NCBI GenBank assembly: GCA_032718475.1
Contig: JAUCBJ010007166.1
Coordinates: 74,525 to 138,524, forward strand
Reading direction: 5' to 3'
Length of the DNA: 64,000 nucleotides
Source: Nemertoderma westbladi
Taxonomy: Eukaryota > Animalia > Xenacoelomorpha
Part shown: piece by piece, positions 22,308 through 34,430 of the stretch
Layout of the letters: each line of letters opens with the position of its first letter
Position numbering within the stretch: position 1 is the first letter of the stretch
Notes under the pieces: generated by a model
The model's input: only the letters and a program-made list of their open reading frames with translations
The model's database searches: none
What the model was told of the DNA's origin: nothing
Program-made: the position numbers and the translations under genes

Positions 22308-24616
22308 TGACGTTTAATTTCAATCAAAGCTGTTAAGTCCCTTTATAAATATATCATTACGCTCAGTCAATTTAATGTAGATTGTTGTGCCTCCGCGCTC
22401 AAGCTTACCGTAGTGTCTAAGGAAGACTATTGGTTTCTGATAACCTTAAATTTTAAGTTGGGATAGGTCATTCTTTATTTTTGACACACAAAACAGACAG
22501 ACAAACAGATAGACAAACATTAAGACAGTTTCTGTAAGTGGTGCAACCTTTTATAAATTCGTTTTCTGGATTCAGCATTAAGATTTGATCTTAAAATCAA
22601 AAAGAAAAAAATTATTATTTTATACTATTTTTTCATACATTTGAATTTTCTGCAAATGAGATTATTATAAATTGGCCCCTTATTCTATATGACGGGTCAC
22701 ATGTTCCTTAAGAACTTCAAAATTGATAATTGGGTTAAGTGTATTAATTATTATGATGGATAAGGTTCATAGAAATGTAAGAAGATATCTTTCTGGAATT
22801 TATATACTGTTGTTGTCAAGGTAACTGGGTGCAGAGATCAAATTCTAAACGCCTGTAATTCAAGACGACAGAAGTTTCTAATCTAAAATTATTGTACTTC
22901 ATAAGTAAATAAAGTAAATAAATGACAATCAAACTATTTGATACTTAAATTTGTTTACAATCCCGTTTTAAATCCCGTAAAACGATAATTTTCCATTATG
23001 ACCTCCTGCTGGAAATTTGGCTACTATGTCATATTTATAACATTTACAACTGACACGCCTGGGTCATCATGTCCTTTGTTTCTAATAATTGTTAACCGAA
23101 ATTTAATATTCTGTAAAGTAAAAATCATGCTATTACAAAACTGTCTCTGATTGGACAGTTTTTTTTATTGGCACATAATGACCTTTATAAATATATTTCA
23201 CAAATTACGATATTTAATTAAAATAGATCATTGGCAAATTTAACATATTATTCAAAGTGACAAAACCGAATAGAAATTGTTTTATAGAATTAGTAAATAA
23301 TTATTCGAATATTTCATTATTTATACCTATTACCATGGCAACGAGAATTTCAGCCAATTCAAGTGTTAAATATTTGATATAATTTTATTTCCTTTACTCA
23401 CCTAAAAGAATACAAGAATACCAAATCTCAAGAACAAAATACCTCATCGTTGTAAAATTTGCACTCGGTAACCTTGGCAACAAGATAAAAATTCCAGAAA
23501 GTCATTTTATTACATTTCTTGTCATATCCACCTAACCAAACTAGCAATTAAGAAGTTTATAAGGAAATATTATGAAACAAGTGTCTTAAATAGGAAAAAG
23601 ATCGGCCCACGCTAATTTCAGCGCTCCGTTCGCATCCACGGCCTGTTATTTAGTTTTTTTTTCAGAACATAATATTAGAAAATATCGGCCTCCACATTTA
23701 CTTCCAAGCTCCGACCTAAGTGTTTGTTACTTGTATCCATGGTAGCTAGTGGATGGAAACTATTTATGCTTATATTATATTTTATACTCTAATTGATTGG
23801 TAGTTACTAAGGTACGAAATGCGGCATGCGAAACGATTACCGAGAGCGAACTCAATATATTTTATATAGCCCATCATTGCATTGTTATAATAAGCAATTT
23901 GTAATGGGGAAGTAACGCTTCGACTGGTATCTTTATTGGATTTTCGTTGGGCACGCACAGCTTTGCAAAGTCGGCAATAACGTCCATTTTTTTTTAAATC
24001 CTTTTTAATTTCTGTTGTGTGTATAAACAGAGTTAGTACTTTAAAATGGACTGACATAAACTCTCTTGAAAACACTTAGCATAATTCATGTTGTTTATGT
24101 TAATAATAGGTTACGTTGCTGTATGTAAATTTGATATTGAATATTTTTTACATCACATTGCATCAGCATGTATAAAAATATATACCATAAAAATTTTAAA
24201 GTCTTATTTTGCACAAAAGTAGGACCTCCTATAGAGGTATATTATTTTTACATTGATTCATTCCTATTTTATATTTTTAAATAATTGGAAAAATATATAT
24301 CCGTCATGTGAAATGACCAGATTGTTATATTGTCATACGTATTAGATATCAAATATATACTTTATCAGAGTTTGATTTTGTGACTGTAGCTTTCAGATGC
24401 GTAATAATGGCAATGAATGATGGAATCTCAACATATTAATTGTTCATTTACTTATGAATTTAAACGAATTGGAAATAACATATTACTATTATGTAGGTTA
24501 TTTGATACAAATATCGATGCTGTAGATGAATATTTATTTGTATACAGTTATTTATTTCATGAATTCCGCATTATTGCAATCGAACCATAATGCCAATTAT
24601 CTCAAGTCATTAGGTC

Positions 24617-27600
24617 CCTCCCCCCTGTTCCCTGTCCCCTGTTCCCTGTTCCCTGTTCCCTGCTCCCCGTTCCCTGTTCCCTGTTCCCTGTTCCCTGTTC
24701 CCTGTCCCCTGTTCCCTGTTCCCTGTTCCCTGTCCCCTGTCCCCTGTTCCCTGTTCCCTGTTCCCTGTTCCCTGTCCCCTGTCCCCTGTTTCCTGTCCCC
24801 TGTTCCCTGTTTCCTGTCCCCTGTCCCCTGTTCCCTGTTCCCTGTCCCCTGTCCCCTGTCCCCTGTCCCCTGTTCCCTGTCCCCTGTTCCCTGTTCCCTG
24901 TTCCCTGTCCCCTGTTCCCTGTTCCCTGTTCCCTGTTTCCTGTTCCCTGTTCCCTGTTCCCTGTCCCCTGCCCCCTGTCCCCTGTCCCCCGTTCCCTGTT
25001 CCCTGTTCCCTGTTCCCTGTTCCCTGTTCCCTGTTCCCTGTTCCCTGTTCCCTGTTCCCTGTTCCCTGTTCCCTGTTCCCTGTTCCCTGTTCGCTGTTCC
25101 CTATTCCCTGTTCCCTGTCCCCTGCCCCCTGTCCCCTGTCCCCTGTTCCCTGACCCCTGTTCCCTGTTCCCTGTCCCCTGTTCCCTGTTCCCTGTCCCTG
25201 TTCCCTGTTCCCTGTTCCCTGTTCCCTGTTCCCTGTTCCCTGTTCCCTGTCCCTGTTCCCTGTTCCCTGTTCCCTGTTCCCTGTTCCCTGTTCCCTGCCC
25301 CCTGTTCCCTGTTCCCTGTCCCCTGTTCCCTGTTCCCGGTCCCCTGTCCCCTGTTCCCGGTCCCCTGTTCCCTGACCCCTGTTCCCTGTTCCCTGTCCCC
25401 TGTTCCCTGTTCCCTGTCCCCTGCCCCCTGTTCCCTGTTCCCTGTTCCCTGTTCCCTGTCCCCTGTTCTCTGTCCCCGGTCCCCTGTTCCCTGCCCCCTG
25501 TCCCCTGTTCCCTGTCCCCTGTTCACTGCCCCCTGTTCCCTGTTACCTGTTCCCTGTCCCCTGTTCCCTGTTCCCGGTCCCCTGTTCCCTCCCCCCTGTT
25601 CCCTGTTCCCTGTCCCCTGTTCCCTGTTCCCTGTTCCCTGCCCCCTGTTCCCTGTTCCCTGTTCCCTGTTCCCTGTTCCCTGTTCCCTGTTCCCTGTTCC
25701 CTGTCCCCTGCCCCCTGTCCCCTGTTCCCTGTTCCCTGTTCCCTGTTCCCTGTCCCTGTTCCCTGTTCCCTGTTCCCTGTTCCCTGTTCCCTGTTCCCTG
25801 CCCCCTGTTCCCTGTTCCCTGTCCCCTGTTCCCTGTTCCCGGTCCCCTGTCCCCTGTTCCCGGTCCCCTGTTCCCTGACCCCTGTTCCCTGTTCCCTGTC
25901 CCCTGTTCCCTGTTCCCTGTCCCCTGCCCCCTGTTCCCTGTTCCCTGTTCCCTGTTCCCTGTCCCCTGTTCTCTGCCCCCTGTCCCCTGTCCCCTGTTCC
26001 CTGTCCCCTGTTCCCTGTCCCCTGTTCCATGTTCCCTGTCCCCTGTCCCGTGTCCCCTGTCCCCTGTTCCCTGTCCCCTGTTCCCTGTTCCCTGTCCCTG
26101 TTCCCTGTTCCCTGTTCCCTGTTCCCTGTTCCCTGTTCCCTGTTCCCTGTTCCCTGTTCCCTGTTCCCTGTTCCCTGTCCCCTGTTCCCTGTTCCCTGTT
26201 CCCTGCCCCCTGTTCCCTGTTCCCTGTTCCCTGTTCCCTGTTCCCTGTTCCCTGTTCCCTGTTCCCTGTCCCCTGCCCCCTGTCCCCTGTTCCCTGTTCC
26301 CTGTTCCCTGTTCCCTGTCCCTGTTCCCTGTTCCCTGTTCCCTGTTCCCTGTTCCCTGTTCCCTGTTCCCTGCCCCCTGTTCCCTGTTCCCTGTCCCCTG
26401 TTCCCTGTTCCCGGTCCCCTGTCCCCTGTTCCCGGTCCCCTGTTCCCTGACCCCTGTTCCCTGTTCCCTGTCCCCTGTTCCCTGTTCCCTGTCCCCTGCC
26501 CCCTGTTCCCTGTTCCCTGTTCCCTGTTCCCTGTCCCCTGTTCTCTGTCCCCGGTCCCCTGTTCCCTGTCCCCTGTTCCCTGTCCCCTGTTCACTGCCCC
26601 CTGTTCCCTGTTACCTGTTCCCTGTCCCCTGTTCCCTGTTCCCGGTCCCCTGTTCCCTCCCCCCTGTTCCCTGTCCCCTGTTCCCTGTTCCCTGTTCCCT
26701 GTTCCCTGTTCCCTGTTCCCTGTTCCATGTTCCCTGTTCCCTGTTCCCTGTTCCCTGTTCCCTGTTCCCTGTCCCCTGTCCCCTGTCCCCTGTTCCCTGT
26801 TCCCTGTTCCCTGTCCCTGTTCCCTGCCCCATGTTCCCTGTTCCCTGTTCCCTGTTCCCTGTTCCCTGTTCCCTGTTCCCTGTTCCCTGTCCCCTGTTCC
26901 CTATTCCCTGTCCCTGTTCCCTGTTCCCTGTTCCCTGTTCCCTGTTCCCTGTTCCCTGTTCCCTGTCCCCTGTCCCCTGTCCCCTGCCCCCTGCCCCCTG
27001 TTCCCTGTTCCCTGTTCCCTGTTCCCTGTCCCTGTTCCCTGTTCCCTGTTCCCTGTTCCCTGTTCCCTGTTCCCTGTTCCCTGTCCCCTGCCCCCTGTCC
27101 CCTGTTCCCTGTTCCCTGTTCCCTGTCCCTGTTCCCTGTTCCCTGCCCCCTGTTTCCTGTTCCCTGTTCCCTGTTCCCTGTTCCCTGTTCCCTGTTCCCT
27201 GTTCCCTGTTCCCTGTTCCCTGTTCCCTGTTCCCTGTTCCCTGTTCCCTGTCCCTGTTCCTGTTCCCTGTTCCCTGTTCCCTGTTCCCTGTCCCCTGCCC
27301 CCTGTCCCATGTTCCCTGTCCCCTGTTCCCTGTCCCCTGTTCCCTGACCCTGTTCCCTGTTCCCTGTCCCTGTTCCCTGTTCCCTGCCCCCTGCCCCCTG
27401 TTCCCTGTTCCCTGTTCCCTGTCCCTGTCCCATGTCCCCTGTTCCCTGTCCCCTGTTCCCTGTTCCCTGTTCCCTGTTCCCTGTTCCCTGTCCCCTGTCC
27501 CCTGTTCCCTGTCCCCTGTTCCCTGTTCCCTGTTCCCTGTCCCTGTTCCCTGTTCCCTGTTCCCTGTTCCCTGTTCCCTGTTCCCTGTTCCCTGTCCCCT

Positions 27601-28682
27601 GCCCCCTGTCCCCTGTCCCCTGTTCCCTGTCCCCTGTTCCCTGTCCCCTGTTCCATGTTCCCTGTCCCGTGTCCCCTGTCCCCTGTTCCCTGTCCCCTGT
27701 TCCCTGTTCCCTGTCCCTGTTCCCTGTTCCCTGTTCCCTGTTCCCTGTTCCCTGTTCCCTGTTCCCTGTTCCCTGTTCCCTGTTCCCTGTTCCCTGTTCC
27801 CTGTTCCCTGTCCCCTGTTCCCTGTTCCCTGTTCCCTGCCCCCTGTTCCCTGTTCCCTGTTCCCTGTTCCCTGTTCCCTGTTCCCTGTTCCCTGTTCCCT
27901 GTCCCCTGCCCCCTGTCCCCTGTTCCCTGTTCCCTGTTCCCTGTTCCCTGTCCCTGTTCCCTGTTCCCTGTTCCCTGTTCCCTGTTCCCTGTTCCCTGCC
28001 CCCTGTTCCCTGTTCCCTGTCCCCTGTTCCCTGTTCCCGGTCCCCTGTCCCCTGTTCCCGGTCCCCTGTTCCCTGACCCCTGTTCCCTGTTCCCTGTCCC
28101 CTGTTCCCTGTTCCCTGTCCCCTGCCCCCTGTTCCCTGTTCCCTGTTCCCTGTTCCCTGTCCCCTGTTCTCTGTCCCCGGTCCCCTGTTCCCTGCCCCCT
28201 GTCCCCTGTTCCCTGTCCCCTGTTCACTGCCCCCTGTTCCCTGTTACCTGTTCCCTGTCCCCTGTTCCCTGTTCCCGGTCCCCTGTTCCCTCCCCCCTGT
28301 TCCCTGTCCCCTGTTCCCTGTTCCCTGTTCCCTGTTCCCTGTTCCCTGTTCCATGTTCCCTGTTCCCTGTTCCCTGTTCCCTGTTCCCTGTTCCCTGTTC
28401 CCTGTCCCCTGTCCCCTGCCCCCTGTCCCCTGTCCCCTGTCCCCTGTTCCCTGTCCCCTGTCCCCTGTCCCCTGTCCCCTGTCCCCTGTCCCCTGTCCCC
28501 TGTCCCCTGTCCCCTGCCCCCTGCCCCCTGCCCCCTGTTCCCTGTCCCCTGTTCCCTGTCCCCTGTCCCCTGTCCCCTGTCCCCTGTCCCCTGTCCCCTG
28601 TCCCCTGTCCCCTGTCCCCTGTCCCCTGTCCCCTGTCCCCTGTCCCCTGTTCCCTGTCCCATGTTCCCTGTTCCCTGTCCCT

Positions 28683-28683
<1 letters not shown>
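24617..28683. repeat. Heptamer satellite (CCCTGTT/CCCTGTC)n, left array
   Basis: About 4 kb of 7-bp units, with occasional 6-bp units and recurring variants. Confidence 0.98.
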
Positions 28684-28721
<38 letters not shown>

Positions 28722-29091
28722 TTTAAACATATGTTTATTTGAAGTATTAATATTGCACTTTACAATATATATATATGAAGGTGAGTAAAGGGTAGGATTG
28801 GCAAACAAGCTAGAGCTTATATTAATGCCGCTCCTACCCGTACGCACAACATACATACCACTCACACATTATTCCACGCGCTCGGTGCATCATTTCTATA
28901 AGAAGAAGTTACGTTGATAAATTTAATTTAATTTTGTTAATTTGATAAAATCATATATAAGTTTATGGGAATTTCTTACTTGGCAATAGACTATAGTCAA
29001 ATTATATGTTTATTTACAATAGGAAACAAAAACAAAATATAATATATTTATATTTATTTCTAATAATTTTAGGAAATTATTAATTAAATTA

Positions 29092-32000
29092 TTAATACCC
29101 CAGTTCTGTGAAGCGCTGGGTTGATGTAATGTAGATTTCTAGTGCCTCTGAAATAGCTCTGAGTATGTCCAGGTCCTGTCCTTGCGGTCCATAAAGTAAG
29201 TTGTGTAGAGTATAGTTGATGTTAAGGCTGGAAAGTACGGTAGTCAGTGCTATCCTGTGGGAGTCGTGCAGAGTGCATTCCATTAAGTAGTGGTAGGTGT
29301 CCTCACGTTGGTGTCCACAAGCGCAACTGGAGTCTGTGGCTATGTGGTTACGGTACATGTCATATTTTAGTACGCTGCAGTTGCGACGTAGTCGCCCAAC
29401 TAGCCCATTGATAGCAACAGATCCTAACATGAAATATGGGTTTAATTTATTAACTTTATATCTGCCCTCCGTCAGTAAGATTTTCTTAAATATTTTTAGC
29501 GTTTCTGACTCAGTTACCTCATATGGAAGATCATTCCATAGAGAAACAGTTGAGCTTACAAACGAATTCTTTAGACATTCTGTGCGTGTTATCGGTAGTC
29601 TGTATTTATTCGTAGGTCTCAAATTATAAGGGTTGGCTTGATCAATACGCGGTGGAATGATTTCAGTTAGGTGATGTGGTAGGTGTCCTTTAGATCCCTT
29701 GTAAAAAATACTCAGTTTAATTAAGTCGCGGCGGTCCTGTAGTGTTTGTAAGCCCGATTCAGCGTACAGGTCCTCAGTGCGGCACGATATTGTAAGTTTA
29801 CATATAATTCTAATGGCCTCTTTATTTATTAGTTCAAGTCTTTCTTTTAGATATTGTGTACAACCATCCCATACGGGACAAGCATATTCGAGAATAGGCC
29901 GCACAAAGGAGGTGTATAGCACTGAAAGAGCCCTTTTGCTAAGCTTGTATTTAGCAGCTCGCAGAAGGTTTAGTCTAGTCTTTGCTTTGTCAATAATGTT
30001 ATTAATGTGGGAGTTCCACTTTAGGTTATTTTGAAGTGTCACACCAAGGTGCTTGTGGTGTTCGACTTCAGCGATGGGAGTATCATGTAGAAGTAGCTGT
30101 GTGTATCCTGTACGTGGTTCTTGTCGGTGCGTAATTGTCATAGCTTCAGTTTTTAGTGGGTTGTAATCTACTGACCACATATCCCCCCATTCGCCAATTC
30201 GTAGTAAGTCATCATTAAGTAGCCGGCAAGCTACTTGTGGGTCAGTAACCTCAATGTACAACGAGGTATCGTCGGCAAAAAGTCTAGTTGGGTTAACCGT
30301 GATATCAATAAGGTCGTTTATAAATATTAAGAAGAGTAGGGGACCAAGAACTGATCCTTGGGGGACCCCTGCAGTGATCGGTAGCCAAGGCGACATGTGG
30401 CCTTTGATCATAACGCATTGGCTATTGCCACTGAGGTATGATAAAAGCCACTCAAGTAAAGGGCCGCCAATTCCCATTCTACGGGCCTTAGTTATAAGGC
30501 CTGCATGGCTAATTTTGTCGAAGGCCTTAGTAATGTCAAGGAAAGCAATCTTGACTTCCTTTCCATTATCTAAGGCTGTAGATAATTCGTCAAAAAGTGT
30601 TATGAGTTGGTAAGTAGCAGAATCACCAGGTAAAAAGCCTGACTGATTTTTATTTATTTTTTTAATTACGTGGTGCAGTATATATTTACTGACAATCCTT
30701 TCGAATAATTTTCCTAAAGCGCTTGTTAGAGAAATAGGCCTATAATTACAGCAGTATATGTTGGGGCCCTTTTTATAAACAGGTGTGACACATCTTTTTT
30801 TCCAATTTGTGGGATGGTGTTTTGATTTCAGGACGAGATTAAATAAATTTTTTAACTTTTCGATTATGACTGGACCTCCCATTTTGAGCATCCTGTTGGA
30901 GATTACATCAACTGGACAACTTGCCTTAGCGGGGTTAATTGTTTTTAAGGCTTCCTTTACATCGTTAGATGTGATAGTAATTTCATTTAATATTTCAGAG
31001 ACGTCATCTAAATTCTGGGCATCATGATTTTGGCCGACATTGCTATTAGTTGGGGCGGTTGCCTGATCAGCAAAATAGATATTAAAGAGTTCTGCCTTGT
31101 CTGCTGATGAACTGGCATGGATATTTTTATAATTTACTGGGGGTATTTCGTTAATTTTATTAGTTTGTAAAATTTTTTTGGTGAGTGACCACCATTGTTT
31201 TGTACTATGTTGGGTTGATTCCACTTTTTCTGATAGAGAATTAAAGTATTCCCTTTTTGCTTGTCTACAGGAGGATATATAAGAGTTCCTACTCATTCGG
31301 AAGTTGGCCCAGGCTACTTCGGAATTTGACCTCTTGGCGATATTATGATATTTTTGTTTTTCTTTTAGTAGTCGTCTGGTGTCACTATCAAACCAGGGCT
31401 TGTCATTGGGGCGAATGGTGACCACCCTGTTCGGTATGTGCTTTGAAGCAATTTTCATAAAATTTTTTGTCCAAGTATCAATAATTCCGTCAATGTCGTC
31501 TGGTCTAATGTCGTTAACTTCTTCCGGTATCTTAGCTAGATCAGTCTGAGTAAGCTCCCGTCGGAAGGATGTATTATTAGCGTGGCTGAAATCCCACACC
31601 CGTCGTTTATATGCTGGATCCTGGGTCATTGTCAGCTTATATTTAAAATGAACTACCATATGGTCGCTGCTTCCATAAGGCGCCTCATGAAAGACATCAT
31701 AGACTGAGCCGGGAGTAGTTGTCATCACTGGGCTTAATAGAGTTTTAGTTGTCCTTGTCACCCGAGTTGGTTCGGTTATGTATTGCGTGAGTCCTTGTCT
31801 CTGTATCAAAAATCGTAGGTTTATTGACGATTGGTGTATAAGGTAATCTTCGTTTAAGTCGCCGAGTAGTAAAATGTGTTGGTATTCAAGTGCCCGGGCC
31901 TCATTCAACATTGCATTAAAACTCTCCCAGTAAAACGTTACATTTTCAGGCCTGTAGCCTACTCCTATTAAAAATTTTTTGTTGTTAGCCAGACATTCAA

Positions 32001-32547
32001 CCCATAGTACCTCCAACCGGGGGTCAATGTTTTCTAGTGTAATTTTGCGTTCGCATTTTATAAAATTGGAAATATATAGGCATACACCGCCTCCATGTCT
32101 GTTTCTATCATTACGAAGAGGATTTTGAAAACCAACTATTTTCAAATTGTCATCATTTATACTGGTTTCAAGCCAAGTCTCATTTATAGCCAGTATATCA
32201 ACCTCGCTAGAGAGATTTGGCTTTATAAACTCTTTATTTAAAATTAAGCTTCTAATATTTGTCTGAGCAACTCTAATTGGACGAATAAATTCATTTGGGC
32301 CTGGGTTAGGTTGGATATCCCCAGCAATAATTAACAACAGCCGTAATGCCATATGTGGTATTGTATTTTCATTTATAAATATAAATATAAAAATAGCAAA
32401 ATTATTATGTTGGCAATTTTGTTTGTATTTTTTGTGCATAAAGATCATGGAATTCTTCCAATAGAAATAAAGATTCTTAACCATACATACATAATCATCT
32501 ACACACACACACACACGCACCCATAATACATACTGGGCCCAGAACAT
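29092..32547 (-). CDS. LINE ORF2: 2A-like leader, APE endonuclease, reverse transcriptase, C-terminal Cys/His motif
   Basis: NIRSL, INETWL, GDLN, SDH (APE); YRPISL, FLDITKAFD, GVPQGSVLGP, FADD (RT); CACGHQREDTYHYLMEC. The real start codon is uncertain (32547 or Met at 32352). Confidence 0.95.
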   Translation of the reverse strand: MFWAQYVLWVRVCVCVDDYVCMVKNLYFYWKNSMIFMHKKYKQNCQHNNFAIFIFIFINENTIPHMALRLLLIIAGDIQPNPGPNEFIRPIRVAQTNIRSLILNKEFIKPNLSSEVDILAINETWLETSINDDNLKIVGFQNPLRNDRNRHGGGVCLYISNFIKCERKITLENIDPRLEVLWVECLANNKKFLIGVGYRPENVTFYWESFNAMLNEARALEYQHILLLGDLNEDYLIHQSSINLRFLIQRQGLTQYITEPTRVTRTTKTLLSPVMTTTPGSVYDVFHEAPYGSSDHMVVHFKYKLTMTQDPAYKRRVWDFSHANNTSFRRELTQTDLAKIPEEVNDIRPDDIDGIIDTWTKNFMKIASKHIPNRVVTIRPNDKPWFDSDTRRLLKEKQKYHNIAKRSNSEVAWANFRMSRNSYISSCRQAKREYFNSLSEKVESTQHSTKQWWSLTKKILQTNKINEIPPVNYKNIHASSSADKAELFNIYFADQATAPTNSNVGQNHDAQNLDDVSEILNEITITSNDVKEALKTINPAKASCPVDVISNRMLKMGGPVIIEKLKNLFNLVLKSKHHPTNWKKRCVTPVYKKGPNIYCCNYRPISLTSALGKLFERIVSKYILHHVIKKINKNQSGFLPGDSATYQLITLFDELSTALDNGKEVKIAFLDITKAFDKISHAGLITKARRMGIGGPLLEWLLSYLSGNSQCVMIKGHMSPWLPITAGVPQGSVLGPLLFLIFINDLIDITVNPTRLFADDTSLYIEVTDPQVACRLLNDDLLRIGEWGDMWSVDYNPLKTEAMTITHRQEPRTGYTQLLLHDTPIAEVEHHKHLGVTLQNNLKWNSHINNIIDKAKTRLNLLRAAKYKLSKRALSVLYTSFVRPILEYACPVWDGCTQYLKERLELINKEAIRIICKLTISCRTEDLYAESGLQTLQDRRDLIKLSIFYKGSKGHLPHHLTEIIPPRIDQANPYNLRPTNKYRLPITRTECLKNSFVSSTVSLWNDLPYEVTESETLKIFKKILLTEGRYKVNKLNPYFMLGSVAINGLVGRLRRNCSVLKYDMYRNHIATDSSCACGHQREDTYHYLMECTLHDSHRIALTTVLSSLNINYTLHNLLYGPQGQDLDILRAISEALEIYITSTQRFTELGY

Positions 32548-32896
32548 GAACCACCACCAGGATAGTGCCCTCCACCAGCCGTACCCGGTAAGCCTAATGT
32601 CAGTTCCTTACCTAGATTGAAAATAGGTGATATGAAATGAAGATGAGATCATGACTGAATATAAAGTATTATATTATATTATTTTGGTTACTACATTAAT
32701 TAGTACCGGTACCCTTTTATAAACAATATTTGTATTACATGTTACAAGTATTATGAGGATGAATTATGTCAATATGAATACAGTATATACCGATAAGACA
32801 AGTATTTGTGAATTACTTAGCTCCAAGCTGTAGTTCCCTCCAGGTTTAGTTTATTCGACTAATAAGTAACCATGACCGTAAATTGTCTCAAGTGAC

Positions 32897-34300
32897 CTAC
32901 CCAAATTCGATTAGCAGCTGCTCATTCGTCGGCTGAGTACATAAAGCGATTGGTTCCAGGTCTGGCTCTGGAGCTGTCTCACCCGCTTCCAGAGTAGCTC
33001 GGCCGCTCGAGTCCGTCCCAGGATGGCCGACCGGATCCGCCGCAACTCGGCCGCTCGAATCCGTCCCAGGATGGCCGACCGGATCCGCCACAACACGGCC
33101 GCTCGAATCCACCCCAGCTCGGCCGCTCGAATCCGCCCCAGCTCGGCCGCTCGAATCCGTCCCAGCTCGGCCGTTCGAATCCGTCCCAGGATGGCTGACC
33201 GAATTCGCCCCAGCTCGGCCGCTCGAATCCGTCCCAGGATGGCCGACCGGATCCGCCACAACACGGCCGCTCGAATCCGCCCCAGCTCGGCCGCTCGAAT
33301 CCGCCCCAGCTCGGCCGCTCGAATTCGCCCCAGCTCGGCCACTCGAATCCACAGCCGCTCGGCATGTCATCTCAATAAATTTGTCAATGTCGTTCACGAC
33401 TGACACAACAATTTTCTTACCATTGTTTCCGCAGATCCAAATCCGTCCGTCAATTGTCCAAGTAGACGACAGTTTACGTGCCTTAACATAGTCCAAACAG
33501 GTACTACGCAGGTTTCGTCGATATTGTGTTAGACACTCTGACAGATAGACGTTGCCACGGAAGTGCTCGTAACTAGTTTGCCTAGCATTATCCGCACCAT
33601 TGCGGGTTTTCTCTGCGGAGAGCTTCTTTTTACGAGTGATGAAATCGTAACGAGACAGATACGTTATAAACGAAACGACTAGGGTTCCCGCGTTTGTCGA
33701 ATGGACTCGGGATATATCATTAATGGTTTGCTCCTTACATTGCAGGTACTTCATAAGTTCCACTATGTACTTATAGTTGTTACCGCGTGAAGACAACTGC
33801 TGTTTCACTCCACGGCCACGAACTTCGATACAGTTCAATAATTGTTGCTGCTCGATACGGTCGTAATGGGATTGTACGTTAAGAATCTCCGCTCTGTTTT
33901 CTAGGGCTGTATTGCATGGACGTACAGGAGCTGACTGCAGATATTCGGAAAGATTTAGTGTTACTTGTTCAGTTACCTGACGAGCGATCTCACGTACGAG
34001 GTGAGAACTCGGACCCACCATTGTGTTACTTTGTTCGGTTTCATCATCATCTATTAGCACCTCTGGTACCGGTATGGGTTGCACATATTCTGTCACCAGT
34101 GCCGATGTAGGGCGATGGTCAGGCGTTGTACTAAGTACCGGTATATGTTGGGTGTCGGAGTCTGTATCGGATTGTGTTCCTGTGTTCGGTTTTTTAGAGA
34201 CTTGTGTTGATTGGGGTGAAGGGGCACTCAGGTTAGACCGGTTCCGTTTTTTCCTTTGTTGAGTCGAGCTTCTTGTTCTTGTCATAATTAATGATATCAA
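32897..34300 (-). CDS. LINE ORF1 protein
   Basis: 467 aa upstream of ORF2; basic N-terminus RKKRNR; VYLSECLT...WTIDGRI motif typical of CR1/L2-group ORF1; repetitive C-terminus. Confidence 0.85.
   Translation of the reverse strand: MISLIMTRTRSSTQQRKKRNRSNLSAPSPQSTQVSKKPNTGTQSDTDSDTQHIPVLSTTPDHRPTSALVTEYVQPIPVPEVLIDDDETEQSNTMVGPSSHLVREIARQVTEQVTLNLSEYLQSAPVRPCNTALENRAEILNVQSHYDRIEQQQLLNCIEVRGRGVKQQLSSRGNNYKYIVELMKYLQCKEQTINDISRVHSTNAGTLVVSFITYLSRYDFITRKKKLSAEKTRNGADNARQTSYEHFRGNVYLSECLTQYRRNLRSTCLDYVKARKLSSTWTIDGRIWICGNNGKKIVVSVVNDIDKFIEMTCRAAVDSSGRAGANSSGRAGADSSGRAGADSSGRVVADPVGHPGTDSSGRAGANSVSHPGTDSNGRAGTDSSGRAGADSSGRAGVDSSGRVVADPVGHPGTDSSGRVAADPVGHPGTDSSGRATLEAGETAPEPDLEPIALCTQPTNEQLLIEFG
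32997..33362. repeat. GC-rich coding minisatellite (24-bp unit) in ORF1
   Basis: Units like CTCGGCCGCTCGAATCCGCCCCAG, encoding GADSSGRA and DPVGHPGT repeats. Confidence 0.85.
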
Positions 34301-34430
34301 GTGTAATTAATGGGCGGACGTAGAACGAGGTTAAACGTTAATGCAGTATTGAGTTTATAAGGCGCAAGGCATACCGGGTGGTACGGCAGGCAGACTTATT
34401 ACCGGTAGCGGTACCAGATGCAGCAAGTGC

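Larger units (their letters stand above)
28684..34430 (-). mobile_element. Full-length two-ORF APE-RT LINE (CR1/L2-group-like)
   Basis: 37-nt poly(A) tail (T run 28684-28720), AATAAA at 28734-28739, intact ORF1 and ORF2, possible TSD CTGTTT at 28681-28686 and 34430-34435. Confidence 0.95.
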
